NCBI GenBank assembly: GCA_050261675.1
Contig: JBLNDO010000024.1
Span: 9,276-73,275 of the forward strand
DNA from: Bacillota bacterium
Lineage (GTDB): Bacteria > Pseudomonadota > Gammaproteobacteria > Natronospirales > REEB76
Direction: 5' to 3'
Length of the DNA: 64,000 bases
Below the pieces are notes generated by a model, which saw only the letters and a program-made list of their open reading frames with translations, made no database searches and was not told the origin of the DNA. Each line of letters starts with the position of its first letter. Positions within the stretch are counted from its first letter, which is position 1. This document shows positions 53,906 to 61,979 of the stretch, piece after piece. Both the position numbers and the translations under genes were made by a program.

Positions 53906-54391
53906 TCAGGCCTGCTGGAATTCCGGGAAAATCCGCGACAGCCAACGGCGCCAAGCCGGCTCGCGTTTCGGAACCGGCGGCAACCTGAAGCGCGTGCCGA
54001 CCGTGTCGTCGTCGTTGCAGGGCTGGAAATACACCACCACCGGGGGACGGCGGCGGTCGTAATTGGGCGCGCCCGCATGGTGGCCGAGCACCGCCTCCAT
54101 GCTGAGCTCGCTGATGGTGGCGATGCGTGCCAGCTCCGCGAGCGGAATCTTTTCCAGATCCAGGGTCACGACCCGGCCGGTGGAACGGAATACCTTGATG
54201 GCCGTGACTTCCACCAGGCGCTCGCGCGGGCGCCGTCCGAATTCGGTTCGCTCGTCGTAGGCGTAGACCCGGTCGCCGACTTCCATGTCCGCGCCGTAGG
54301 GGCAGAACAGGCAATCCGCCGTGCTGACATCGCGCACGAAGGCCGGCAGGCGTTTGGCGTTTGGGTTCTTGCGGCGTCTGTTCATCGGCAT
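53906..54391 (-). CDS. Hypothetical protein
   Basis: Intact ORF with host-like codon usage. No family recognised. Confidence 0.5.
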   Translation of the reverse strand: MPMNRRRKNPNAKRLPAFVRDVSTADCLFCPYGADMEVGDRVYAYDERTEFGRRPRERLVEVTAIKVFRSTGRVVTLDLEKIPLAELARIATISELSMEAVLGHHAGAPNYDRRRPPVVVYFQPCNDDDTVGTRFRLPPVPKREPAWRRWLSRIFPEFQQA

Positions 54392-54583
54392 CGACCCCGT
54401 TTATCAGGTGAACTGTTTCCCGGTCTGCCGCAGCGACGACTTTCCATATCGTTCCGTGCAGACGCCGGAACCAGTGCGATAGATAACACACGGGGTGGAA
54501 GCAAAATGCGAAGCGCGTCACCAATGACGGTTCGGACGAAGGCCAGGCTTATGTCGCAAGGTTGAAATCCCTGCAAAATCCCG

Positions 54584-55258
54584 TTACCAGCGGCTCAAAG
54601 CCTGTTGGGCCGCCGGATTGTCGCCGCGGGCGAGAAGGCCCGTGGGACTGATGGAGACGCTGTATTGGGCGCCATCCGCCATGGGCAGGTAGGTGGCGCT
54701 TCCATAGCCCGCGTCCACCCAGGGCAGCCAGGCGGCGTTGCGTTGGGCGAGGCCCCAGAAATCCAGCCCCGTGTCCGCCGACAACTCCAGGACGCTGTGG
54801 TAATCGTTCCGTTCCTGGCTGGCGCTGCGGTAGCGCCCCTCCAGCCGGTCCAGCCGATAGACGGGATCGAGGCCCAGCACCGTGGCGAGTCCCTTCCATT
54901 TCAAAACGCGCGCATCCAACTGCCAATCGTCGCCGCGCAGTTCTTCGGTGCGCGAACGGCCCGCCGCATCGGTGAGCGTGACCCGGTAGTCCTGGGGTCC
55001 GAGGGCCGCGAACCTAAGCGTTGCCACCGGCTGCTCATAGGTCAACCGGAAATAGGTGCGTAGATCGAGGGCCACCGCCGCCACGAATGCGAACAGGAAC
55101 AGGAACAGTAGGCCGAAAATCACGCGGCCGCCCCCGCCGGCGAGCCGGCCGTGGAAAACGCGCTTCAGGCCGCCCAGGACCATGAACACGCCGGCCAGCC
55201 CGACAAGCACCACCACGGCGCAGAAACCCCAGAGCGCGAAATGCATCTGACCGTTCAT
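54584..55258 (-). CDS. Membrane-anchored hypothetical protein
   Basis: Two N-terminal hydrophobic helices, then a soluble domain. No family recognised. Confidence 0.55.
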   Translation of the reverse strand: MNGQMHFALWGFCAVVVLVGLAGVFMVLGGLKRVFHGRLAGGGGRVIFGLLFLFLFAFVAAVALDLRTYFRLTYEQPVATLRFAALGPQDYRVTLTDAAGRSRTEELRGDDWQLDARVLKWKGLATVLGLDPVYRLDRLEGRYRSASQERNDYHSVLELSADTGLDFWGLAQRNAAWLPWVDAGYGSATYLPMADGAQYSVSISPTGLLARGDNPAAQQALSRW

Positions 55259-55329
55259 GGCGCACACCTCCGCCACCACTCTAGCACCGGATTTAGAGCG
55301 CTCCAGGGTGAGCGTTTATACTGCACCGC

Positions 55330-55605
55330 ATGAACCGTCCCCTGTCATTTCACCCGGTCCGGGCGGGCGTCTTCGGCGTGTGCCTGGCGATCTCGGGCTG
55401 CGGGCTCAAGGCGAACCTCTACCTGCAGCTGCCGCCGACCACCTTCCCGCCCACACCCACGCGCGCCCCGGCACCGCCCGCCGGCACGGTGGCCGCGCCG
55501 CCCTCGCTCACCCTGGTGCCGGCGTCTGGCAGCGTGGAAGCGCCGTCCGCCGCGACCCTGCCCGCTCCCGCCTCGCCGCCTCCCGCTGGCCGCAGGCAAC
55601 CATGA
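55330..55605 (+). CDS. Small proline-rich lipoprotein, LptM/YifL-like
   Basis: FGVCLAISGCGLKANLYL matches the lipobox-plus-GCGLKGPLY type motif of YifL/LptM-like lipoproteins. Its stop overlaps the polA start (ATGA at 55602-55605). Confidence 0.5.
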   Translation: MNRPLSFHPVRAGVFGVCLAISGCGLKANLYLQLPPTTFPPTPTRAPAPPAGTVAAPPSLTLVPASGSVEAPSAATLPAPASPPPAGRRQP

Positions 55606-58376
55606 GCGGCAAGGAAAAACCGCCGCTGGTGCTGGTGGACGGGTCGTCGTATCTCTACCGCGCGTTCTACGGCCTGCCGCCGCTCACGAGCCCCGACGGC
55701 GAGCCCACCGGCGCCATCTACGGGGTCGCCAACATGTTGAAGCGGCTCATGGCGGACGTGGAGCCGGAACACGTGGCCGTGGTGTTCGATGCGAGCGGCA
55801 AGACTTTCCGGGACGAGATCTTCGAGCATTACAAGGCGCATCGCCCGCCCATGCCCGATGACCTGCGCTCCCAGGTGGAACCGCTGAACGAGCTGGTGCA
55901 GGCACTCGGCTTCCCGCTGCTGCAGATCCCGGGCGTGGAAGCGGACGACGTGATCGGCACCCTCGCCAAGCAGGGCATGAAGCAGGGCATGAAGGTCCTC
56001 ATCTCCACCGGCGACAAGGACATGGCCCAGCTGGTGGAGGGCAAAGACATCACCCTCATCAACACCATGACCAACACCCGCCTCGACCGGGACGGCGTGA
56101 AGGAGAAGTTCGAGGTCTGGCCGGAGCAGATCATCGATTACCTGGCCCTCGTGGGCGACACCTCCGACAACATCCCGGGCGTGCCGGGCATCGGCCCCAA
56201 GACCGCCGCGCCGCTGCTCTCCCACTTCGGCACCCTGGAAAAGCTCTATACGAACCTGGAGAAAGTGCCGGAAGTGGAGGTGCGCGGTGCGAAACAGCTG
56301 CCGCCGAAACTCGAGGCGCACAAAGACAAGGCCTTTCTTTCCCGCGAGCTCGCCACCATCCGCTGCGACGTGGAGCTGCCGCTCGGTCCCGGTGACCTGG
56401 CCATGCGGCCGCCGGACAAGGAGCACCTGCAGGAACTCTACAACCGCTTCGGTTTCAAAAGCTGGCTGCGTGCGCTGAACGACGGCGAGCCGGTGCTCGC
56501 GGCAGGCAAATCCAAGCCGGCTGCCGATAAACCGGCGGCGAAGCCGGCGACACCCCCGGCAGCACCCGCCGGCAAGTACACGGCGGTGCTGGACCAGAAG
56601 ACCCTGGACGAGTGGCTCGCGCGGCTGGAAGCGGCGGACCTCTTCGCCTTCGATACCGAGACCACCAGCCTCGAGTACATGAAGGCGGAGATCGTGGGTC
56701 TCTCCTTCGCGGTGAAGGGCGGCGAGGCCGCCTACGTGCCCCTCGCCCACCGTTACCCGGACGCCCCGGAGCAGCTGGACCGCAACAAAGTGCTGGCGAG
56801 GCTCAAGCCGCTCCTCGAGGACCCGAAGCGCCCCAAGCTCGGCCACCACATCAAGTACGACGCCCACGTGCTGCGCAACCACGGCATCGAGATGGCGGGC
56901 CTGCGCTTCGACTCCATGCTGGAGTCCTACGTGCTGGACAGCGTGGCGAGCCGCCACGACATGGATTCGCTGGCCGAGAAATACCTGGGCTACACAACCG
57001 TCCATTACGAGGACGTGACCGGCAAGGGTGCGAAGCAGATCGGCTTCGACGAAGTACGGGTGGACATCGCCGCCAACTACGCCGCCGAGGATGCGGACGT
57101 GACCCTGCGCCTGCACCAGGCGCTGTGGCCGCGCCTCCGGGCCGTGCCGGCCCTGAAGAAGGTATTCGAGGAAATCGAGATGCCGCTGGTGCCGGTGCTC
57201 CTGGACATGGAGCACACGGGCGTGTTCATCGATGCGGACATGCTGAAGAAGCAGGGCACCGAGATCACCAAAAAACTCGCGAAACTGCAGGAAAAAGCCC
57301 ATTCCCTGGCCGGCGGACCCTTCAACCTGGACTCCCCCAAACAGCTCCAGACCATCCTCTTCGACAAGATGCAGATCGAGCCGGTACGCAAGACCCAGAA
57401 GGGCCAGTACTCCACCGCCGAGGACGTGCTGGAGGAACTCGCCGAAGAGCACGAACTGCCCCGGGTGATCCTGGACTACCGCTCCCTCAACAAGCTGAAG
57501 TCCACCTATATCGACAAGCTGCCGGAGCAGATCAACCCGAAAACCGGGCGGGTGCACACCTCCTACCATCAGGCCGTGGCCGCCACCGGCCGGCTCTCCT
57601 CCATGGACCCGAATCTGCAGAACATCCCGGTGCGCACCGACGAGGGCCGGCGCATCCGCCAGGCTTTCGTCGCGCCGCAGGGCTGCGTGATGATGGCGGC
57701 GGATTACTCGCAGATCGAGCTGCGCATCATGGCGCACCTCTCCGGCGACGCGGGGCTGTTGAAGGCCTTCGAAAGCGGTCACGACATCCACCGTGCCACC
57801 GCCGCCGAGGTCTTCGACCTGAAACCCGACAAGGTGACGGATGAGCGGCGCCGCGCCGCCAAGGCCATCAACTTCGGCCTCATCTACGGCATGTCCGCCT
57901 TCGGCCTCGCGAAACAACTCGGCATCGGGCGGGGCGACGCGCAGGAATACGTGGACCTCTACTTCAGCCGCTACCCGGGCGTGAAGCGCTACATGGACGA
58001 GACCCGCTTGCAGGCACGGGAACAGGGCTACGTGGAGACGGTGTTCGGCCGGCGCCTGTACCTGCCGGAGATCGGTTCCCGCAACCAGCAGCTGCGCCAG
58101 TACGCGGAACGCAGCGCCATCAACGCCCCCATGCAGGGCACCGCCGCGGACATCATCAAGCGCGCCATGATCGCGGTGCACCGCTGGCTCAAGGAGAGCC
58201 GGGTACCGGCGCGGATGGTCATGCAGGTGCACGACGAATTGGTGTTTGAAGTGGAGAAGAAGGCCCTGGAGACCCTGCGGGCGGAAGTCCCGGCGCTCAT
58301 GGCCGCCGCCGCCAAGCTCAAGGTGCCCCTGGTGGTGGATGTGGGGGTGGGCGCCAACTGGGAAGAAGCCCATTAG
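55602..58376 (+). CDS. polA: DNA polymerase I
   Basis: 5'-nuclease domain (LVLVDGSSYLYRAFY), 3'-5' exonuclease domain (FAFDTETTSL) and polymerase motifs (DYSQIELRIMAH, INFGLIYGMS, QVHDELVFE). Confidence 0.97.
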   Translation: MSGKEKPPLVLVDGSSYLYRAFYGLPPLTSPDGEPTGAIYGVANMLKRLMADVEPEHVAVVFDASGKTFRDEIFEHYKAHRPPMPDDLRSQVEPLNELVQALGFPLLQIPGVEADDVIGTLAKQGMKQGMKVLISTGDKDMAQLVEGKDITLINTMTNTRLDRDGVKEKFEVWPEQIIDYLALVGDTSDNIPGVPGIGPKTAAPLLSHFGTLEKLYTNLEKVPEVEVRGAKQLPPKLEAHKDKAFLSRELATIRCDVELPLGPGDLAMRPPDKEHLQELYNRFGFKSWLRALNDGEPVLAAGKSKPAADKPAAKPATPPAAPAGKYTAVLDQKTLDEWLARLEAADLFAFDTETTSLEYMKAEIVGLSFAVKGGEAAYVPLAHRYPDAPEQLDRNKVLARLKPLLEDPKRPKLGHHIKYDAHVLRNHGIEMAGLRFDSMLESYVLDSVASRHDMDSLAEKYLGYTTVHYEDVTGKGAKQIGFDEVRVDIAANYAAEDADVTLRLHQALWPRLRAVPALKKVFEEIEMPLVPVLLDMEHTGVFIDADMLKKQGTEITKKLAKLQEKAHSLAGGPFNLDSPKQLQTILFDKMQIEPVRKTQKGQYSTAEDVLEELAEEHELPRVILDYRSLNKLKSTYIDKLPEQINPKTGRVHTSYHQAVAATGRLSSMDPNLQNIPVRTDEGRRIRQAFVAPQGCVMMAADYSQIELRIMAHLSGDAGLLKAFESGHDIHRATAAEVFDLKPDKVTDERRRAAKAINFGLIYGMSAFGLAKQLGIGRGDAQEYVDLYFSRYPGVKRYMDETRLQAREQGYVETVFGRRLYLPEIGSRNQQLRQYAERSAINAPMQGTAADIIKRAMIAVHRWLKESRVPARMVMQVHDELVFEVEKKALETLRAEVPALMAAAAKLKVPLVVDVGVGANWEEAH

Positions 58377-58499
58377 CTATAGCTTGTGGGCAATCTGTGG
58401 ATTAATAATTAATCAAACGAATAATTAAATAAACAAACTGCAAATTCCCCAACCCCAGGGACAAGCCTCAAAAAAACAGTATCAGGGGTGGAATTTTTC

Positions 58500-58649
58500 C
58501 CCTTAGACCAGGTCTTAGGTCCTGAACGCCGCAATGGTGTTCATCCCGCTCACCTCCCTGAGCGGGAACGGCGGCCCGGTCTCCCCAAGCCGGGTCGCTG
58601 ATGTTGTAACCCCGGCGTTTTCCCCTTTTGGCGCCGGGGTTATTTTTTT
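58500..58649 (+). ncRNA. Candidate structured RNA or leader ending in an intrinsic terminator (speculative)
   Basis: Nested hairpins (cccgctca-cctccc-tgagcggg at 58545-58566; gccgc/gcggc closing helix). The terminator is aaccccggcg-N14-cgccggggtt followed by an A and seven Ts (58608-58649). The position between polA and engB matches that of spf/ErsA in other gammaproteobacteria. Confidence 0.2.
58608..58649 (+). terminator. Rho-independent terminator
   Basis: Perfect 10-bp stem (58608-58617 / 58632-58641) followed by an A and seven Ts. Confidence 0.65.
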
Positions 58650-58697
58650 CCAGCACAGTATCATCCTGTCGACACAACGATTCATGGGGACGCCCCG

Positions 58698-59162
58698 GTG
58701 ATCAGAGTGCTCATCGTCGACGACGAGTCGCCGGCGCGCAAACGCATGCGCAGCCTTATCGAGGCGGAGCCGGACCTCGTGCTCGTGGGCGAAAGCGCCG
58801 ACGGCGAGGACGCCCTCGCTAAGTTCCGCGAACTCCAGCCGGACCTGGTGTTCCTGGACATCCGCCTGCCGGGGATGTCCGGCCTCGAACTCAGCCGGCT
58901 CCTGAAAAGCGAGCACTCGCCCTACGTGGTGTTCACCACCGCCCACGGCGAATACGCCCCCGAGGCCTTCCGGGTGGACGCCGTGGACTATCTGATGAAG
59001 CCCTTCGACGGCGCGCGCCTCCGGGGCGAGGAGATCGTGCGCACCGAGGACGTGGTAGCCGGATTCATGGCCAAGCTCGGCGGGCTCGCGCAGGCCCTGG
59101 ACGCGACGGTGCCTTTCTTTACGCCGACCTTCACCCCGCTCCGGCCTCAAGCCAGTCCGTGA
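58698..59162 (+). CDS. Receiver domain of a LytTR-type response regulator that lacks the LytTR output domain (truncated or stand-alone REC)
   Basis: IRVLIVDDESPARKRM ... LVFLDIRLPGMSG ... VVFTTAHGEYAPEAFRVDAVDYLMKPF is a typical LytR/AlgR-family REC. The ORF ends after about 35 unrelated residues and overlaps the 3' end of engB by 32 nt. Confidence 0.65.
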   Translation: MIRVLIVDDESPARKRMRSLIEAEPDLVLVGESADGEDALAKFRELQPDLVFLDIRLPGMSGLELSRLLKSEHSPYVVFTTAHGEYAPEAFRVDAVDYLMKPFDGARLRGEEIVRTEDVVAGFMAKLGGLAQALDATVPFFTPTFTPLRPQASP

Positions 59163-59727
59163 GCAGCCCCTGTGCTTCCTCCACGCCCTCGCTGCTCACG
59201 GCGGAGAAAAGCTGCGCGCTGCCCGCCTCCCCGAGCGCGCGGCGCGTTTCCGCGAGCACCTTCTGGGCCGCGGCGCGGCCGAGCTTGTCCGCCTTGGAAA
59301 GCAGCACGTGCACCGGCAGCCTGAGCGCCCGCGCATAGGCGAGCAGCTGCCGGTCGTGATTGCCCAGGGGATGGCGGGAATCCATGACCAGCATCAGGCC
59401 CGCGAGCGAGGCGCGGGACTCGAGGTAGCCTTCCAGGAGCGCCGCCCAGCGCTCGCGCTCCGCCTGGGGCACCTTGGCGTAACCGTAGCCCGGCAGATCC
59501 ACGAAGCGCCTGCCCGGCGCCACCTCGAAGAGGTTGAGCAGGCGGGTGCGGCCCGGGGTCTTGCTCACCCGTGCCAGGCCCGAGACCCCGGTGATCGCGT
59601 TGAGGGCGCTGGACTTCCCCGCGTTGGAACGCCCGGCGAACGCCACCTCCCGCCCGGTGTCGGGCGGCAGGTCGCTCAAGGCCGCGGCGCTCAGCAGGAA
59701 GCGCGCGTGACGGAAATCCTGTCGCAT
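59131..59727 (-). CDS. engB: Ribosome-biogenesis GTPase EngB/YihA
   Basis: FAGRSNAGKSSALNAI (G1), DLPGYGYA (G3), LSKADK (G4). Confidence 0.92.
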   Translation of the reverse strand: MRQDFRHARFLLSAAALSDLPPDTGREVAFAGRSNAGKSSALNAITGVSGLARVSKTPGRTRLLNLFEVAPGRRFVDLPGYGYAKVPQAERERWAALLEGYLESRASLAGLMLVMDSRHPLGNHDRQLLAYARALRLPVHVLLSKADKLGRAAAQKVLAETRRALGEAGSAQLFSAVSSEGVEEAQGLLTDWLEAGAG

Positions 59728-59858
59728 GCATTCAGCCTTCGGTGGAGGGGCTCCCCTGGCCTAGTGTAAAATCCCGGCTCCCCCCGTGGGGCGTCCGAAC
59801 CGCGGGTTTTAAGCCCCCGGAGCCCCCTTCAAGAACCCCTTTTCCAGGAGCGCCGTCC

Positions 59859-60479
59859 ATGAAGAAGCTCGTGATCCTCGCCCTGGTGCTGTCGGCCACG
59901 ACCCTGCAGGTGAGCGCCGCGGGCGATGCCGCCGCCGGCAAGAACAAGGCCGCCGTGTGCGGCGCCTGCCACGGGGTCGACGGCAACAGCGCCAGCCCCC
60001 AGTTCCCGAAATTGGCGGGCCAGAACGCGAGCTACATCCAGGCGCAGCTCCAGAACTTCAAGTCCGGCAAGCGCCAGAACCCGATCATGTCGGGCCAGGC
60101 CCAGAACCTGTCCGAGCAGGACATGCAGGACCTGGCGGCGTACTTCTCGAGCCAGACGGTGACGACCGGCGAGGCCGAGGCCGGCCAGGAAAAACAGGGT
60201 GAGTCCCTGTTCCACAACGGCAACAAGGACGAGAGCGTGCCGGCCTGCGCTGCCTGCCACAGCGCCGACGGCGCGGGCAACTACCTCATGAAGGTCCCGT
60301 CGCTCGCCGGCCAGCATGCCGGCTACGTGGTGGCCCAGCTGCAGGCCTACGCCGCCGGGACGCGCACCACCGACCCCTCCAAGATGATGGAGAGCATCGC
60401 GGCGCGGCTCACGCCCGCGGAAATGCAGGCGGTGGCGAGCTACATCCAGGGGCTGCACGCCGCCAAGCCGCAGCCTTGA
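59859..60479 (+). CDS. Dihaem cytochrome c4
   Basis: Signal peptide. Two CxxCH sites (CGACHG, CAACHS) with the flanking c4 pattern FPKLAGQ / VPSLAGQ. Confidence 0.9.
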   Translation: MKKLVILALVLSATTLQVSAAGDAAAGKNKAAVCGACHGVDGNSASPQFPKLAGQNASYIQAQLQNFKSGKRQNPIMSGQAQNLSEQDMQDLAAYFSSQTVTTGEAEAGQEKQGESLFHNGNKDESVPACAACHSADGAGNYLMKVPSLAGQHAGYVVAQLQAYAAGTRTTDPSKMMESIAARLTPAEMQAVASYIQGLHAAKPQP

Positions 60480-60538
60480 GACCCCACGCCCGCCGGGTCT
60501 CGCGCGTTTTCTGCATGAGGCTCAATCCCGAGGCCGCC

Positions 60539-61216
60539 ATGAAATCCCTTCCCTTGCTGGCGCTCCTGCTGCTCGCCGCCTCCGCCCAGGCGGCGCCCCC
60601 GGCAGCCGCCGCGTCCGCCCCTGCGCCCGCCTACAAGGAAGGCGTGAACTACAACCCGGTGCTGCCGGCCCAGCCGGTGAGCGTCAACCCGGGCCAGATC
60701 GAGGTGCTGGACTTCTTCTGGTACGGCTGCCCCCACTGCAACGCCTTCGAACCCTACCTCGAGTCCTGGGAGCGCAGCAAACCCGCCAACGTGGTGCTGG
60801 TGCGCGTGCCCGCCCTGCTCCAGCCGGAATGGGAACCGGCGGCGCGTGCCTACTACACCGCGCAGATCCTCGGGATACTCGACAAGTCCCACGCCGCCAC
60901 GTTCAAGGAAATCCACGGCCAGGCCGACAACCTCCAGAGCGAGGCGGACTTCGAGCGCTTCTACGTGAAGGCCTTCGGCGTGGATCCCAAGAAATTCGAG
61001 AGCGCCTGGGGCTCGCCCGCGGTGGACGCGAAGATCGCCCAGGCCCGGGTGCTCGCCGAGCGCTACAACCTGCCCGTCTACGGCGTGCCGGCGGTGGCGG
61101 TGAACGGCCGCTGGATCACCGGCGGCGACTTCAACGTTCCTTACGCCCAGATCATGCTGGTGGTGAACCAGCTCCTGACCCAGGAAGAAGCGGCCTTGCC
61201 TTCCGCCGCGAAATAA
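60539..61216 (+). CDS. dsbA: Thiol:disulfide interchange protein DsbA
   Basis: Signal peptide and the FFWYGCPHCNAFEP active site. Confidence 0.9.
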   Translation: MKSLPLLALLLLAASAQAAPPAAAASAPAPAYKEGVNYNPVLPAQPVSVNPGQIEVLDFFWYGCPHCNAFEPYLESWERSKPANVVLVRVPALLQPEWEPAARAYYTAQILGILDKSHAATFKEIHGQADNLQSEADFERFYVKAFGVDPKKFESAWGSPAVDAKIAQARVLAERYNLPVYGVPAVAVNGRWITGGDFNVPYAQIMLVVNQLLTQEEAALPSAAK

Positions 61217-61256
61217 CCCGGCGTGATGCCGGGTCCCGTACCCCACGAGGTGTGAG

Positions 61257-61916
61257 ATGAAAATCCGCTGGTTGCTGATCCCGATGCTCTTCGTGCTTTC
61301 CAGCCCGGTGCTGGCGGAGAAGGCGCACTTCTTCCAGGGCGTCAACTACGAGGCGGTGACGCCGGCCCAGCCCACAGACGTGAAGCCCGGCCAGATCGAG
61401 GTCATCGAGTTCTTCTGGTACGGCTGCCCCCACTGCTACGCCCTGGAACCCTACGTGGTGGCCTGGGAGAAGACGCTGCCCAAGGACGTGGTGTTCAAGC
61501 GCATCCCCGCGGCCATGCCCGGCTCCGAGTTCTACACCGACGCCCAGGCCACGTTCACGGCGGAGGTGCTCGGCATCGGCGAGAAGATCCGCGAGCCCTT
61601 TTTCGACGCCATCCATGCCCAGCACCAGGTGGAACTCGCCACCGACGTGGACGCGCTGCGGACGTTCTTCGGCAAGTACGGCGTCAGCCCCAAGGATTTC
61701 GACGCCACCTGGAACTCCTTCGCGGTACAGACCCGCATGGCCCAGGCGAACCAGATGGCTAACCGCTACAGCGTGCAGGGCGTGCCGACCATCATCGTGA
61801 ACGGCAAGTGGAAGACCGGCGCCGGCTACCAGATGGAATCCGCCGACATCATGCGCTGCGTGAACTTCCTCATCGACCAGGAACGGGCGACCATGAAATC
61901 GCCCAGCAAGAAGTAA
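61257..61916 (+). CDS. DsbA paralogue (second tandem copy)
   Basis: Signal peptide and FFWYGCPHCYALEP. Clearly paralogous to the upstream gene. Confidence 0.85.
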   Translation: MKIRWLLIPMLFVLSSPVLAEKAHFFQGVNYEAVTPAQPTDVKPGQIEVIEFFWYGCPHCYALEPYVVAWEKTLPKDVVFKRIPAAMPGSEFYTDAQATFTAEVLGIGEKIREPFFDAIHAQHQVELATDVDALRTFFGKYGVSPKDFDATWNSFAVQTRMAQANQMANRYSVQGVPTIIVNGKWKTGAGYQMESADIMRCVNFLIDQERATMKSPSKK

Positions 61917-61943
61917 CGCGCACTTCGCTAAAGGATCGGGTGA

Positions 61944-61968
61944 AAACCGGGGCCAGAGGCCCCGGTTT
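61944..61968. terminator. Hairpin between convergent genes (bidirectional terminator candidate)
   Basis: aaaccggggc-cagag-gccccggttt is a perfect 10-bp stem with T-rich flanks on both strands. Confidence 0.55.
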
Positions 61969-61979
61969 CATTTTGGGGT

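Noticed and set aside
55257-55601. 115-codon N-terminal extension of the polA ORF
   Set aside because: It has no polymerase-like sequence, is Pro/Arg/Ala-rich and overlaps a better-supported lipoprotein ORF. The canonical polA N-terminus (MSGKEKPPLVLVDGSSYLYRAFY) starts at 55602.
58468-58677. 69-aa minus-strand ORF in the polA-engB spacer
   Set aside because: It has no ribosome-binding site, runs antisense through a plus-strand terminator hairpin and gives an unremarkable basic translation. It is probably a chance ORF.
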